From an uncultured Candidatus Actinomarina sp. (GTDB taxonomy: Bacteria > Actinomycetota > Acidimicrobiia > Actinomarinales > Actinomarinaceae): 64,000 nt of DNA. Numbering within the stretch: the stretch's first letter is position 1; every line of letters begins with the position of its first letter. Positions 48,213-56,225 of this stretch are shown here, one piece after another. The translations under genes and the position numbers were made by a program. Where the stretch lies: NCBI GenBank assembly GCA_902593475.1, contig CACJIM010000002.1:2427-66426 (forward strand). Direction: 5' to 3'. The notes under the pieces are model-generated. The model saw nothing but the letters and a program-made list of their open reading frames with translations. It was not told the origin of the DNA and made no database searches.

Positions 48213-49490
48213 CTAATGATTTGTTATTTCTTTAACCTGTCTTGAGAGATTTCTTAAGTTTTGATTATTTAGATTAAAAATCCATACGCCAACATAAACC
48301 GCACCAACCAAAAAGAATAAAAATGCATACCCTCTGCCAGGCCCTGTACCAACAAGCGGAGAAAGAAGATCTACGTTATCAGGAAAAAAAGTGAACTCTA
48401 AATAATCTCCAAGTGGACCAGCAATTAAAACACCGAGTGGCCTCAGCATTTGAGCAATCGTCCCTCTGAGTGCTAATGCCCTACCACGAATGTCTTCAGT
48501 AGTTATTGCTAACCATGCACCAGAAGAAACTGTGTATTGCACTGTTCCACTAACACCACCGATTACTCCATGTATGCATAAAAGAAAAATGCTTGGTCTT
48601 ATAGATCCTATAATCAGACTTAATCCGCCAATAAGACCACAATAAATTGCCACTTTTAAGTTTCCTTGAAGCCAGTCTGATAAGCGTAAAGAAATAATTG
48701 AACCAAAAAGAAAGGCTAATCCGATACTGGACTCTACAATTCCAAGACCAGTTGCATCTGTAAAGCTTAGAATCATTGGAGGAAGTAAAACTTGTGTAAA
48801 CCCCCAAAGAAAATTACAAATTGACAAAATAAGAACTAAGGTAAGAAGCCCTTTTTGTTTTTTAAGCCAGTTATAAGCTTCTATTAAATCAAAATAAACA
48901 TTCTTAAAACTCATCTTGCTTTTTGTCTCTACTTTTTTACTTTTGAACAAAGTAATTGTTGCTATACCAAACAAACATGTAATTACGTCAACAAGGATTA
49001 CTCCCGTCAAACCAAAAAAAGAATAGATGAATGCACCTCCAATAGGTCCAATAAGAACAGAGATTGCTTCCGCGCTTTCAAATAAAGCTGATACTTTTGT
49101 TACTTCATTCTTTTTCACAACATCTCCCAAGAAAGCACTCCAGGTTGTCCAATGAGCAATTTCAAAAATACCAAAAGCTAATGCAAAAGGAATCAGGAGA
49201 GGCAGTGTCAATGTATCGTTTAGGGCAAAGTAACCAATAACGCACATCAATACTGCAATTATCAAATCGAAAATAATTATTAGTGTTTTTCTTGGAAATC
49301 TGTCTGCTAGCACTCCACCAAATGGTCCAGTTACTACGCCTACAATTGCAACGATAAATAAAATAGTAGAAAGTGCACTTGCCTTACCAGTTGTTTCATA
49401 AATCCAAACCCCAATTGCAAAAAAAGACATGGCTGAACCTGTCCAAGATACCGTTTGGCCGAACCAGAGAAGATAAACTTTTTTACTCAT
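48213..49490 (-). CDS. MFS transporter
   Basis: About 12 TM; GVLADRFPRK; IRGRALA. Confidence 0.92.
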   Translation of the reverse strand: MSKKVYLLWFGQTVSWTGSAMSFFAIGVWIYETTGKASALSTILFIVAIVGVVTGPFGGVLADRFPRKTLIIIFDLIIAVLMCVIGYFALNDTLTLPLLIPFALAFGIFEIAHWTTWSAFLGDVVKKNEVTKVSALFESAEAISVLIGPIGGAFIYSFFGLTGVILVDVITCLFGIATITLFKSKKVETKSKMSFKNVYFDLIEAYNWLKKQKGLLTLVLILSICNFLWGFTQVLLPPMILSFTDATGLGIVESSIGLAFLFGSIISLRLSDWLQGNLKVAIYCGLIGGLSLIIGSIRPSIFLLCIHGVIGGVSGTVQYTVSSGAWLAITTEDIRGRALALRGTIAQMLRPLGVLIAGPLGDYLEFTFFPDNVDLLSPLVGTGPGRGYAFLFFLVGAVYVGVWIFNLNNQNLRNLSRQVKEITNH

Positions 49491-49578
49491 TAAGAATATA
49501 ATGATATCCAGTAGAAATATTTAATAACTAGTTTTGCTCTTATAGAAGACTTTTATCAACAAGCTCTTCTAAAGTTCA

Positions 49579-49809
49579 TTAATCTAATGGCTCCATGGGG
49601 TCTTTACAGTGCTTTGGGGGTTCATTTGCCACAACAGATTGTCTATTTATAGTTAATTCTGTACCACATTTGTTGCATATAAAAGATTGTGATATTTCAA
49701 CAACATCATCTGTATCTAATTCAGGGGGTATGCTGGCTAAAGATGAAATAGAGTTTCTTAAAAATCTAAAAATTACTACTCCGATAAATAAAGCAATTAA
49801 ATATTCCAT
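49579..49809 (-). CDS. Hypothetical membrane-anchored protein with possible metal-binding Cys/His
   Basis: N-terminal TM; CNKCG...PKHCKDPM. Confidence 0.65.
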   Translation of the reverse strand: MEYLIALFIGVVIFRFLRNSISSLASIPPELDTDDVVEISQSFICNKCGTELTINRQSVVANEPPKHCKDPMEPLD

Positions 49810-49994
49810 TATGAACTAAAGTACCTAAACGCAGCAATTGCAATTGCTACTGCTATCCAAACTAGAGACAGTCCTTTCCTATTAGCACTAGAAAGTGTCT
49901 GTTGAGTGCGTTTTTTTTCAATTTCATCATTAATGGATTCTTTAAGTTTTAATAACTCACTTACAGACAAGTTTTCTAAATCTTTTTTATCCAT
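49809..49994 (-). CDS. Hypothetical small protein with C-terminal TM
   Basis: 61 aa; stop overlaps the next start. Confidence 0.6.
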   Translation of the reverse strand: MDKKDLENLSVSELLKLKESINDEIEKKRTQQTLSSANRKGLSLVWIAVAIAIAAFRYFSS

Positions 49995-50014
49995 ATATTT
50001 AGGTTACCTTATTG

Positions 50015-50087
50015 TGGAGATGATGGGACTTGAACCCACGACCCCCTGCTTGCAAAGCAGGTGCTCTTCCAGCTGAGCTACATCCCC
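50015..50087 (-). tRNA. tRNA-Ala(TGC)
   Basis: Acceptor GGGGATG/CATCTCC with G3:U70; anticodon arm CCTGC-TTTGCAA-GCAGG; followed by CAA. Confidence 0.96.
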
Positions 50088-50175
50088 TCGCATTTATATT
50101 ATGCACTGAATACTACAGTAAATGAAAAAAAAATTTAAATATTTCCATTGATAGACTATTGTTAATTAGACGTAT

Positions 50176-50250
50176 GGGCCTATAGCTCAGCCTGGTTAGA
50201 GCGCATCCCTGATAAGGATGAGGTCGTTAGTTCAAATCTAACTAGGCCCA
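50176..50250 (+). tRNA. tRNA-Ile(GAT)
   Basis: Acceptor GGGCCTA/TAGGCCC; anticodon arm CATCC-CTGATAA-GGATG; followed by CAA. Confidence 0.96.
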
Positions 50251-50292
50251 CAAGTACCTTTATTTAAACCAATCCTCTTATATACTGTTGCC

Positions 50293-50556
50293 ATGAGTTT
50301 TCAAATAATGGGTTATCTTGCAATTTTTTTCACCACTGTTTCATTTTTGCCTCAAGCGATAAAAACACTAAAAACGAGAAGAGTTGAAGACTTGTCGTTA
50401 ATTACTTATCTATTTTTATTTCTAGGGTCCCTATCTTGGTTTCTATATGGCAATTATTTAAACGACATTCCATTAATGGCTACAAACTCAATGACAACGA
50501 TTCTGACTGGGCTAATTCTTTTTCTTATTGTGAAAGAGAAAAGATCAACTATTTAA
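50293..50556 (+). CDS. SemiSWEET/PQ-loop transporter
   Basis: FLPQAIK, DLS, WFLYG, DIPLMATN; 3 TM. Confidence 0.9.
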   Translation: MSFQIMGYLAIFFTTVSFLPQAIKTLKTRRVEDLSLITYLFLFLGSLSWFLYGNYLNDIPLMATNSMTTILTGLILFLIVKEKRSTI

Positions 50557-51255
50557 AAATTTTTTAATTTCAGATAAATTCTTATAATTTAAAACATCTT
50601 CACTCATTGAATTTATACTCTCTAGAATTACTTCATCCCATACATTTTTTAGGGGGAACACATCTACCTTTACTAAAAATAAACTTGAAGATTCATCTAA
50701 TGGTGTCGAAATTTGTGTTTCTAATCTGAAATATAAATTTTCAAAATCATTTAATAGTGGTCTTTCTTCACTAGGGTGATTACTTAACCCAGGAACAGTA
50801 GTTACATTCCATACCCATCTTCGTATAGTTTGCTTGTTCATGTGTTGTGATAATTTCTCGCTTGATTTAAGTAAAAGGTCATTGTCAGCAACTGGTTGAT
50901 GTAATTTAGAAAGATCTGCTTTTAACTCTCTTCCTGGTGTCCAGCCACTTGGAAAACAGAAACATATAGCTTCAAGCTTTCCATTATGCATGACAGCTAA
51001 ATCCTCTTCTATTTGCACTGCAGTTTCAAATAAAGACTCTGTTGCTTCTAGTCCCAAGGTTTGACTGACTTTTTGGTTTAAATCAGAATTTTCAAACTGT
51101 TCTGTTTGTCCATATAAATCTTCTCCATATTTTTCAAGCTGAAATTGTTTCTCAGACAGATATTTCTCATTTGGATTTGTGTTAAAAAGTGGACCATCAT
51201 ATTTTTGCATAGACGGATTGTTTGAAAATGGTACTTTTATGAAGTCAATATTCAT
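50545..51255 (-). CDS. DUF3445 / heme-dependent oxidative N-demethylase alpha-subunit-like protein
   Basis: IEEDLAVM, ICFCFPSGW, LHQPV, FRLETQ. Confidence 0.75.
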   Translation of the reverse strand: MNIDFIKVPFSNNPSMQKYDGPLFNTNPNEKYLSEKQFQLEKYGEDLYGQTEQFENSDLNQKVSQTLGLEATESLFETAVQIEEDLAVMHNGKLEAICFCFPSGWTPGRELKADLSKLHQPVADNDLLLKSSEKLSQHMNKQTIRRWVWNVTTVPGLSNHPSEERPLLNDFENLYFRLETQISTPLDESSSLFLVKVDVFPLKNVWDEVILESINSMSEDVLNYKNLSEIKKFLNS

Positions 51256-51287
51256 TAATATAAATTTAATAAAAAAAAGGGGAGCTT

Positions 51288-52025
51288 GTGTCTAATTTAG
51301 GAGCATTAGTAGTTCATGGATTATTTGAACATGAAGGACGTCACAAAGACAATGTTGAGTGGTTAAAAAACTTAGGTATTGAAACGTATTCATTAAATCT
51401 TCCTGGTCATGGTGATATCGATGAAAAAGGCCATATAGAAACTTGGAATGAAAATATTGAAGAGATAGTTAATGCTTACAATAAAATTGCAAACAAAGAT
51501 ATAAAAATTATTTTTGCTCATTCCTATGGGTCTCTTGTGTCAGTATCTGCAATTCTTAGAAAAAAAATTGACCCCGATTACTTAATTCTGTCAGCGCCTC
51601 ACTTTGATGATAATTATCCAAAATTTGTAAAGAATATGTCTGGTGCTATGGCAAAGGTTTTTCCAAAATTGCGTGCACCTTCACCAGTAAATAAGAGAAA
51701 TTTATCTACCGATAAAGAAACTGTAGATAACTACTTTAATGATCCACTAGTTTTTAGAAGTTTGACTTTTAAATTCGGTAATGAAATTACTGTTGAGCAA
51801 AAATTTGTTAATGAAAATATAAATAAACTAAAGATACCTACATTAGTTCTACACGGAGATAAAGATAAAATTGTTCCATTAAAAGCTAGTGAAAATATTT
51901 CTAAACTTGAAAATGTGAAATTTATAATTGTCGAAAACTCAAAACATGAAATTTTGAATCAAGACACAAGAACTTTTGTATTGAGTGAAATTCATTATTG
52001 GTTTAAAGAAAATAATCTAATTTAA
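51288..52025 (+). CDS. Alpha/beta hydrolase (lysophospholipase/monoacylglycerol lipase type)
   Basis: VVHGLFEH, LPGHG, AHSYG, LHGDKDKIV, KHE. Confidence 0.88.
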   Translation: MSNLGALVVHGLFEHEGRHKDNVEWLKNLGIETYSLNLPGHGDIDEKGHIETWNENIEEIVNAYNKIANKDIKIIFAHSYGSLVSVSAILRKKIDPDYLILSAPHFDDNYPKFVKNMSGAMAKVFPKLRAPSPVNKRNLSTDKETVDNYFNDPLVFRSLTFKFGNEITVEQKFVNENINKLKIPTLVLHGDKDKIVPLKASENISKLENVKFIIVENSKHEILNQDTRTFVLSEIHYWFKENNLI

Positions 52026-52029
52026 GTTC

Positions 52030-52073
52030 CTTATTGCAAAACACTTGCAATAAGAATTTAAAGGGCTTATACT
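52030..52073 (+). promoter_or_regulatory. Sigma70-type leaderless promoter with an overlapping 10-5-10 palindromic operator
   Basis: CTTATTGCAA-aacac-TTGCAATAAG perfect inverted repeat; TTGCAA(52045)-17 bp-TATACT(52068), then 6 nt to the cbiM ATG. Confidence 0.7.
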
Positions 52074-52079
52074 TTTTCT

Positions 52080-53015
52080 ATGCACGTACCTGACGGATTT
52101 ATGAATGTAACTATGTCTGCCGCTACTGGAGTAATCAGTTTTGGCACATTGTGGGCATACATTAGATCAGCAAAAGATTTAATTGCAGATAAGTTTATTG
52201 CCTTAACGGGAATGATGTCTGCATTAATATTTGTTCTTCAAATGATAAACTTCCCTATAGCTGCTGGTACAAGTGGCCATTTACTTGGTGGTGCGCTTGC
52301 AGTTATAGTTTTAGGACCAAGATTAGGCTTAATTTGTCTATCAGTAGTAGTTATTATTCAATCTCTACTTTTTGCTGATGGGGGTCTTAGTGCTTTAGGA
52401 GTGAACGTTTTAAATATGGCAATAGTAACTAGTGCAACTAGTTGGTTTATTGTCAAATACTGGATAAAGTTCATTGGAAAAAATAAAACCTCTATTGTCT
52501 CTGTTAGTGTACTTGCAGGAATTTTGAGCGTCGTATTTTCATCAATAGCTTTTACAATCCAATATGCAATTGGTGGAACAATATCAATACCTGTAGGAAC
52601 AGTTTTGTTGGCCATGGTCACAACACATTTCATAATTGGTTTCGGTGAGGGAATAATTACAGCTCTTATTATCACTCTTTTGATTCGAGTAAGACCTGAT
52701 TTAATTTACGCGTATGAGAGAAGTGATGAAAATACAACCAAAGTATCTTTCTATGGTCTATTTATTATTCTTATTTTACTTTTTAGCCTTGTCACACCTT
52801 TTGCATCTTCATCTCCAGATGGCTTAGAATCCGTCGCGGAAGAGTTTGGCTTTACACAAACAGATGGAATAGTTCTGCTTCTTGACGACTATGGAATTAG
52901 TGCTGTAAATAATGATTTTATATCAACTGTTCTTAGTGCTTTACTTGGTGTTACTGTTTTGGCAATCATGTTTAATTTGATTATTTCCAGAAGAAAGAGT
53001 GGGAAAAATTCCTAA
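52080..53015 (+). CDS. cbiM: ECF Co/Ni transporter S component CbiM/NikM fused to a PDGLE domain
   Basis: MHVPDG N-terminus, SGHLLGG, ADGGLSALGVNVLNM, SSPDGLESVA. Confidence 0.92.
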   Translation: MHVPDGFMNVTMSAATGVISFGTLWAYIRSAKDLIADKFIALTGMMSALIFVLQMINFPIAAGTSGHLLGGALAVIVLGPRLGLICLSVVVIIQSLLFADGGLSALGVNVLNMAIVTSATSWFIVKYWIKFIGKNKTSIVSVSVLAGILSVVFSSIAFTIQYAIGGTISIPVGTVLLAMVTTHFIIGFGEGIITALIITLLIRVRPDLIYAYERSDENTTKVSFYGLFIILILLFSLVTPFASSSPDGLESVAEEFGFTQTDGIVLLLDDYGISAVNNDFISTVLSALLGVTVLAIMFNLIISRRKSGKNS

Positions 53016-53065
53016 AATTTTTTTTGATTTTTTAATCTTTTTTAGATAGATTTATATTACTTTTT

Positions 53066-53194
53066 ATGAAGAAAATCTTTATAGATGATCATTATAAGAA
53101 GTATAACGAGATAACCCTTGAGACAGGAAATCTGGAAACAGATTGCGGAGTTTTCAAGGGTTTTCTCATTTACAGACCTTTAAGCAATGATTAA
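53066..53194 (+). CDS. Possible 42-aa leader ORF overlapping the udg start
   Basis: MKKIFIDDHYKKYNEITLETGNLETDCGVFKGFLIYRPLSND; stop overlaps the udg ATG (ATGATTAA). Confidence 0.35.
   Translation: MKKIFIDDHYKKYNEITLETGNLETDCGVFKGFLIYRPLSND
53108..53167 (+). ncRNA. Unclassified long hairpin RNA element
   Basis: 15/16-bp outer stem GAGATAACCCTTGAGA/TTTCAAGGGTTTTCTC, purine-rich internal loop, AATCTG-GAAA-CAGATT apical hairpin. Confidence 0.45.
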
Positions 53195-53765
53195 TCAAAA
53201 AAAATTTAACATTTTAGAAAACGAATGTTCTAAATGTTCAAAGTGTTCTTTATCCTCTACTCGAAATAATGTTGTCTTTGGTAGAGGTAATCCGAACTCA
53301 AATCTCTTTGTGATAGGTGAAGGACCTGGCCAACAAGAAGACGAGCAGGGATTAGCATTTGTAGGAAGGGCTGGAAAAATGCTTGACAGTGCTTTTCTGT
53401 CTGTTGGAATTGACACGAATGAGGACTGTTATATATCAAATATTGTAAAGTGTCGACCTCCAAATAATAGAAAGCCATTAGCAAATGAAGTCAAAGAGTG
53501 CATCCCGTGGTTAAATGAACAAATTGAGTTGATTAAACCAAAAGTTATAGTCTTAGCTGGATCTACAGCAGTTCAATCGTACCTAGATATTGATGAGCCA
53601 ATTTCTAAATTAAGAGGAGAATGGATAGTTAGGAATGATATCAAGTATATGCCAATTTTTCACCCATCATATCTTTTGCGAAATCCTTCAAAAGAAAAAG
53701 GTAAACCAAAATGGTTAACTTGGCAGGATCTAAAAAAAGTCAAGAAAGAAATTGGCTCAGTTTGA
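53187..53765 (+). CDS. udg: Uracil-DNA glycosylase family 4 (Fe-S)
   Basis: CSKCSKC, VFGRG, IGEGPG..ED, FVGRAG, NIVKCRPP, FHPSYLLRN. Confidence 0.93.
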   Translation: MINQKKFNILENECSKCSKCSLSSTRNNVVFGRGNPNSNLFVIGEGPGQQEDEQGLAFVGRAGKMLDSAFLSVGIDTNEDCYISNIVKCRPPNNRKPLANEVKECIPWLNEQIELIKPKVIVLAGSTAVQSYLDIDEPISKLRGEWIVRNDIKYMPIFHPSYLLRNPSKEKGKPKWLTWQDLKKVKKEIGSV

Positions 53766-54671
53766 AAATTCTTCTTTAGTATTCATTAACAAAGATATAA
53801 ATATAAACACTGCAGCCACAATTACATTTGAATTAAAAGATTCATTTAAAAAAACAACTCCTGCTGTGACTCCAACAATAGGTACTAAATAATCTACAGA
53901 TGCAACTTGTAGTGCACTGACTCGTCTAATGAGCCAGGTGAAAGCAGTAAATGCACTTAGATTTGATACAACTAATGCTGCAACTCTAATAATTTGAGAA
54001 GTTGATAATTGTTGTGGTGAAATGTCAAATATTAGATAGGCGGTGATGCTCAAGATTATTACTAAAGGATATTGATATGTAAGCCAAGTCGCAACTTTAT
54101 ATTTAGGGGCGTATTTTCTATTAAGCACTGTCGCTAGAGCAATGCACTGTACCCCACAGAAGGCCAAACTTCCTCCAAGTAAAATATTTCCATCATTTAA
54201 TAATCCTGTTTCTCCTGTTACAAATAAATAAAAAATCCCAACAAACCCAGTTGCAATAGCAAGGTATCTAAGTTTTGAAATTTTTTCTTCTTTTAAAAGT
54301 ACTTTCAACCATAGGGCAGTGAATATTGGAGCAGAACTAATAAGTAGAGTTACAAGTCCAGAAGAAATATATTGTAATGCATAAATAAAAAACCAACTTA
54401 CAGAAAAAACAGAAAAAGTTCCAGTTATAGTTGCTTCTTTAAATATTGTTACCTGAAATTTTTCTCGTATGAATAAAAAGTAGTTTAAAAATAATATTGA
54501 ACCAATTAGCGTAACTCTCAATGTCACTAAGAATATTTCATTAACTCCTTCAATTAATAAGCTTCTTGAGAGAACGTTACCTGAACCCCACATAATAGCG
54601 GCAACCAATATTGCACCTATAGCCTGCAGCAAAGTTGGTTGTTTCAAGTCAGTTGTTTTGGTTGAGTTCAT
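53757..54671 (-). CDS. DMT/EamA-family transporter
   Basis: About 10 TM; PIFTA; YLVPIVG. Confidence 0.85.
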   Translation of the reverse strand: MNSTKTTDLKQPTLLQAIGAILVAAIMWGSGNVLSRSLLIEGVNEIFLVTLRVTLIGSILFLNYFLFIREKFQVTIFKEATITGTFSVFSVSWFFIYALQYISSGLVTLLISSAPIFTALWLKVLLKEEKISKLRYLAIATGFVGIFYLFVTGETGLLNDGNILLGGSLAFCGVQCIALATVLNRKYAPKYKVATWLTYQYPLVIILSITAYLIFDISPQQLSTSQIIRVAALVVSNLSAFTAFTWLIRRVSALQVASVDYLVPIVGVTAGVVFLNESFNSNVIVAAVFIFISLLMNTKEEFSN

Positions 54672-54726
54672 TATTGAAATAGTAATGTCTCTAAAAAGAT
54701 AACTTTTACTACCAATTGCTAGTAGT

Positions 54727-54819
54727 ATTTGGGTAACGGGAGCAAAAGCTGAGAGGGTTTAAAAAACCGACCGTAAGAACCTGTTAGGTAATGCTAACGA
54801 AGGGAACTCGGACTCAAAT
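54727..54819 (+). ncRNA. TPP riboswitch
   Basis: GGGAGC...GCTGAGAG...GACCG...GAACCTG...GGTAATGC...CGAAGGGAA conserved elements; ATTTGGGT pairs with ACTCAAAT. Confidence 0.9.
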
Positions 54820-54848
54820 CCCATTACTTTTATAGGAATGAGGTATGC

Positions 54849-56213
54849 ATGAACGCAAATATAGTTTATTTAATAGTTGTATTGATTTTGACTTGGATCT
54901 ACTTTCAAACAAGAAGTTTGAAATCTAATGAAAACGAGTATTTTGTTTTAAATAAGTCAGAGGGTGTACTCGGCTTAAGCTTAAGTTTTTACGCAAGTGG
55001 AATGGGTCTTTGGATTCTAACCTCTCCAGCTGAAGTTGCATGGTATGGATTAGGATATGACATTTATGGTTATGCTCTTTCAGCAGCCACACCCTTTATA
55101 TTGATTTATATCTTTGGTCCTAAAATTGCAGATTTGTTGCCGAAAGGAGCCACACTTGCACAATTTGTGGAAACTAAATATGGCAATATTGCTCAAAAAA
55201 TTGTTTCAATAGTAGCAGTTATATATATGGGGGCTTTTTTAATAGCTGAGTTTGCATCAATTAGTTTTGTTTTTGAATCTATATCGTCTGTGCGTGGAAT
55301 TCTAATAAGCTTGCTTATTGCAATAACTACACTTGCATATCTGTTCAGACATGGTTTTAAAGCTTCTTACTTTACAGATAGGCTTCAAAGTTATGGAATA
55401 ATTTTACTACTAGCAATTGTTCTTACCATTTGGTTAAGTCAGAATAGTCTTTCTGAATTAGTAACTTATGCAAATGCAGGGGGACTTAGCTCTTTCGAAA
55501 CTTTTAGTCTCAAATCTGCATTAGCTGTAATAATTGCTGTAACTGCAGCTGAGGTTTTTTCCATGGGTTATTGGCAGAGAACTTTTTCAGCAGAAAACTC
55601 AAAAGCAATTAAGCAAGCAAGTATTTTTTCTGGAATCGGTGCATTCTTAACCATTTTAATTTTAGGAATTGGTGGTGCAGTTGGGGCAGGGAAAGGGATA
55701 GAATCACCTGCATTAAGCTTCATTGAACAGCTTGATTTGAATAATTTTACAATTATATTGCTCGTTTCTTTAGCAACTCTGCTTGTAACATCGAGTATTG
55801 ATACTTTGGAAAATGCAATTGCATCAACTATTTCATTGGATATTCTTAAGAAAAAATCTGAAGAAGCTAAATTAATAACTTTATTAGTTGTTTGTGTTTC
55901 ATTAGTGATTTCAATTGAAGTAACGAGTATATTTAATGTATTTTTAGTAGCCGATTTGTTTGCAGCTTGCCTTGTGTTTCCAGCTTTCTATAGAATAAAA
56001 AAATCTAGCAAGGATATTTTACTTATAATTCCATTTGTCGGATCTCTGATTTCTGTTTACGTCTATAGGTATTTATTTATAGATCTCCAAGTAAACCCGG
56101 GTGGAGTATTTATTCCTACAGACCTTTACGGCCTAGCCGACCTAAACACTTTTGCTATTGGTTTGCTTTCCTCAATGGTTATTACACTTGTGGCAGATAA
56201 AGCAATCAAATAG
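54849..56213 (+). CDS. Sodium:solute symporter, ThiV-like thiamin/precursor transporter
   Basis: About 13 TM; TDRLQ, AAEVFSMGYWQRTFSA; directly downstream of the TPP riboswitch. Confidence 0.82.
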   Translation: MNANIVYLIVVLILTWIYFQTRSLKSNENEYFVLNKSEGVLGLSLSFYASGMGLWILTSPAEVAWYGLGYDIYGYALSAATPFILIYIFGPKIADLLPKGATLAQFVETKYGNIAQKIVSIVAVIYMGAFLIAEFASISFVFESISSVRGILISLLIAITTLAYLFRHGFKASYFTDRLQSYGIILLLAIVLTIWLSQNSLSELVTYANAGGLSSFETFSLKSALAVIIAVTAAEVFSMGYWQRTFSAENSKAIKQASIFSGIGAFLTILILGIGGAVGAGKGIESPALSFIEQLDLNNFTIILLVSLATLLVTSSIDTLENAIASTISLDILKKKSEEAKLITLLVVCVSLVISIEVTSIFNVFLVADLFAACLVFPAFYRIKKSSKDILLIIPFVGSLISVYVYRYLFIDLQVNPGGVFIPTDLYGLADLNTFAIGLLSSMVITLVADKAIK

Positions 56214-56225
56214 AATTAGATATAC

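Noticed and set aside
53119-53167. TGA at 53119-53121 followed by a hairpin, resembling a UGA plus SECIS
   Set aside because: That frame is closed by TAA at 53104-53106, with no start codon or Sec-protein context.
53108-53167. Hairpin as SRP (4.5S) RNA
   Set aside because: It has CAGG and a GNRA loop but lacks the opposing AGCA of the symmetric loop, and the apical stem is 6 bp rather than about 3.
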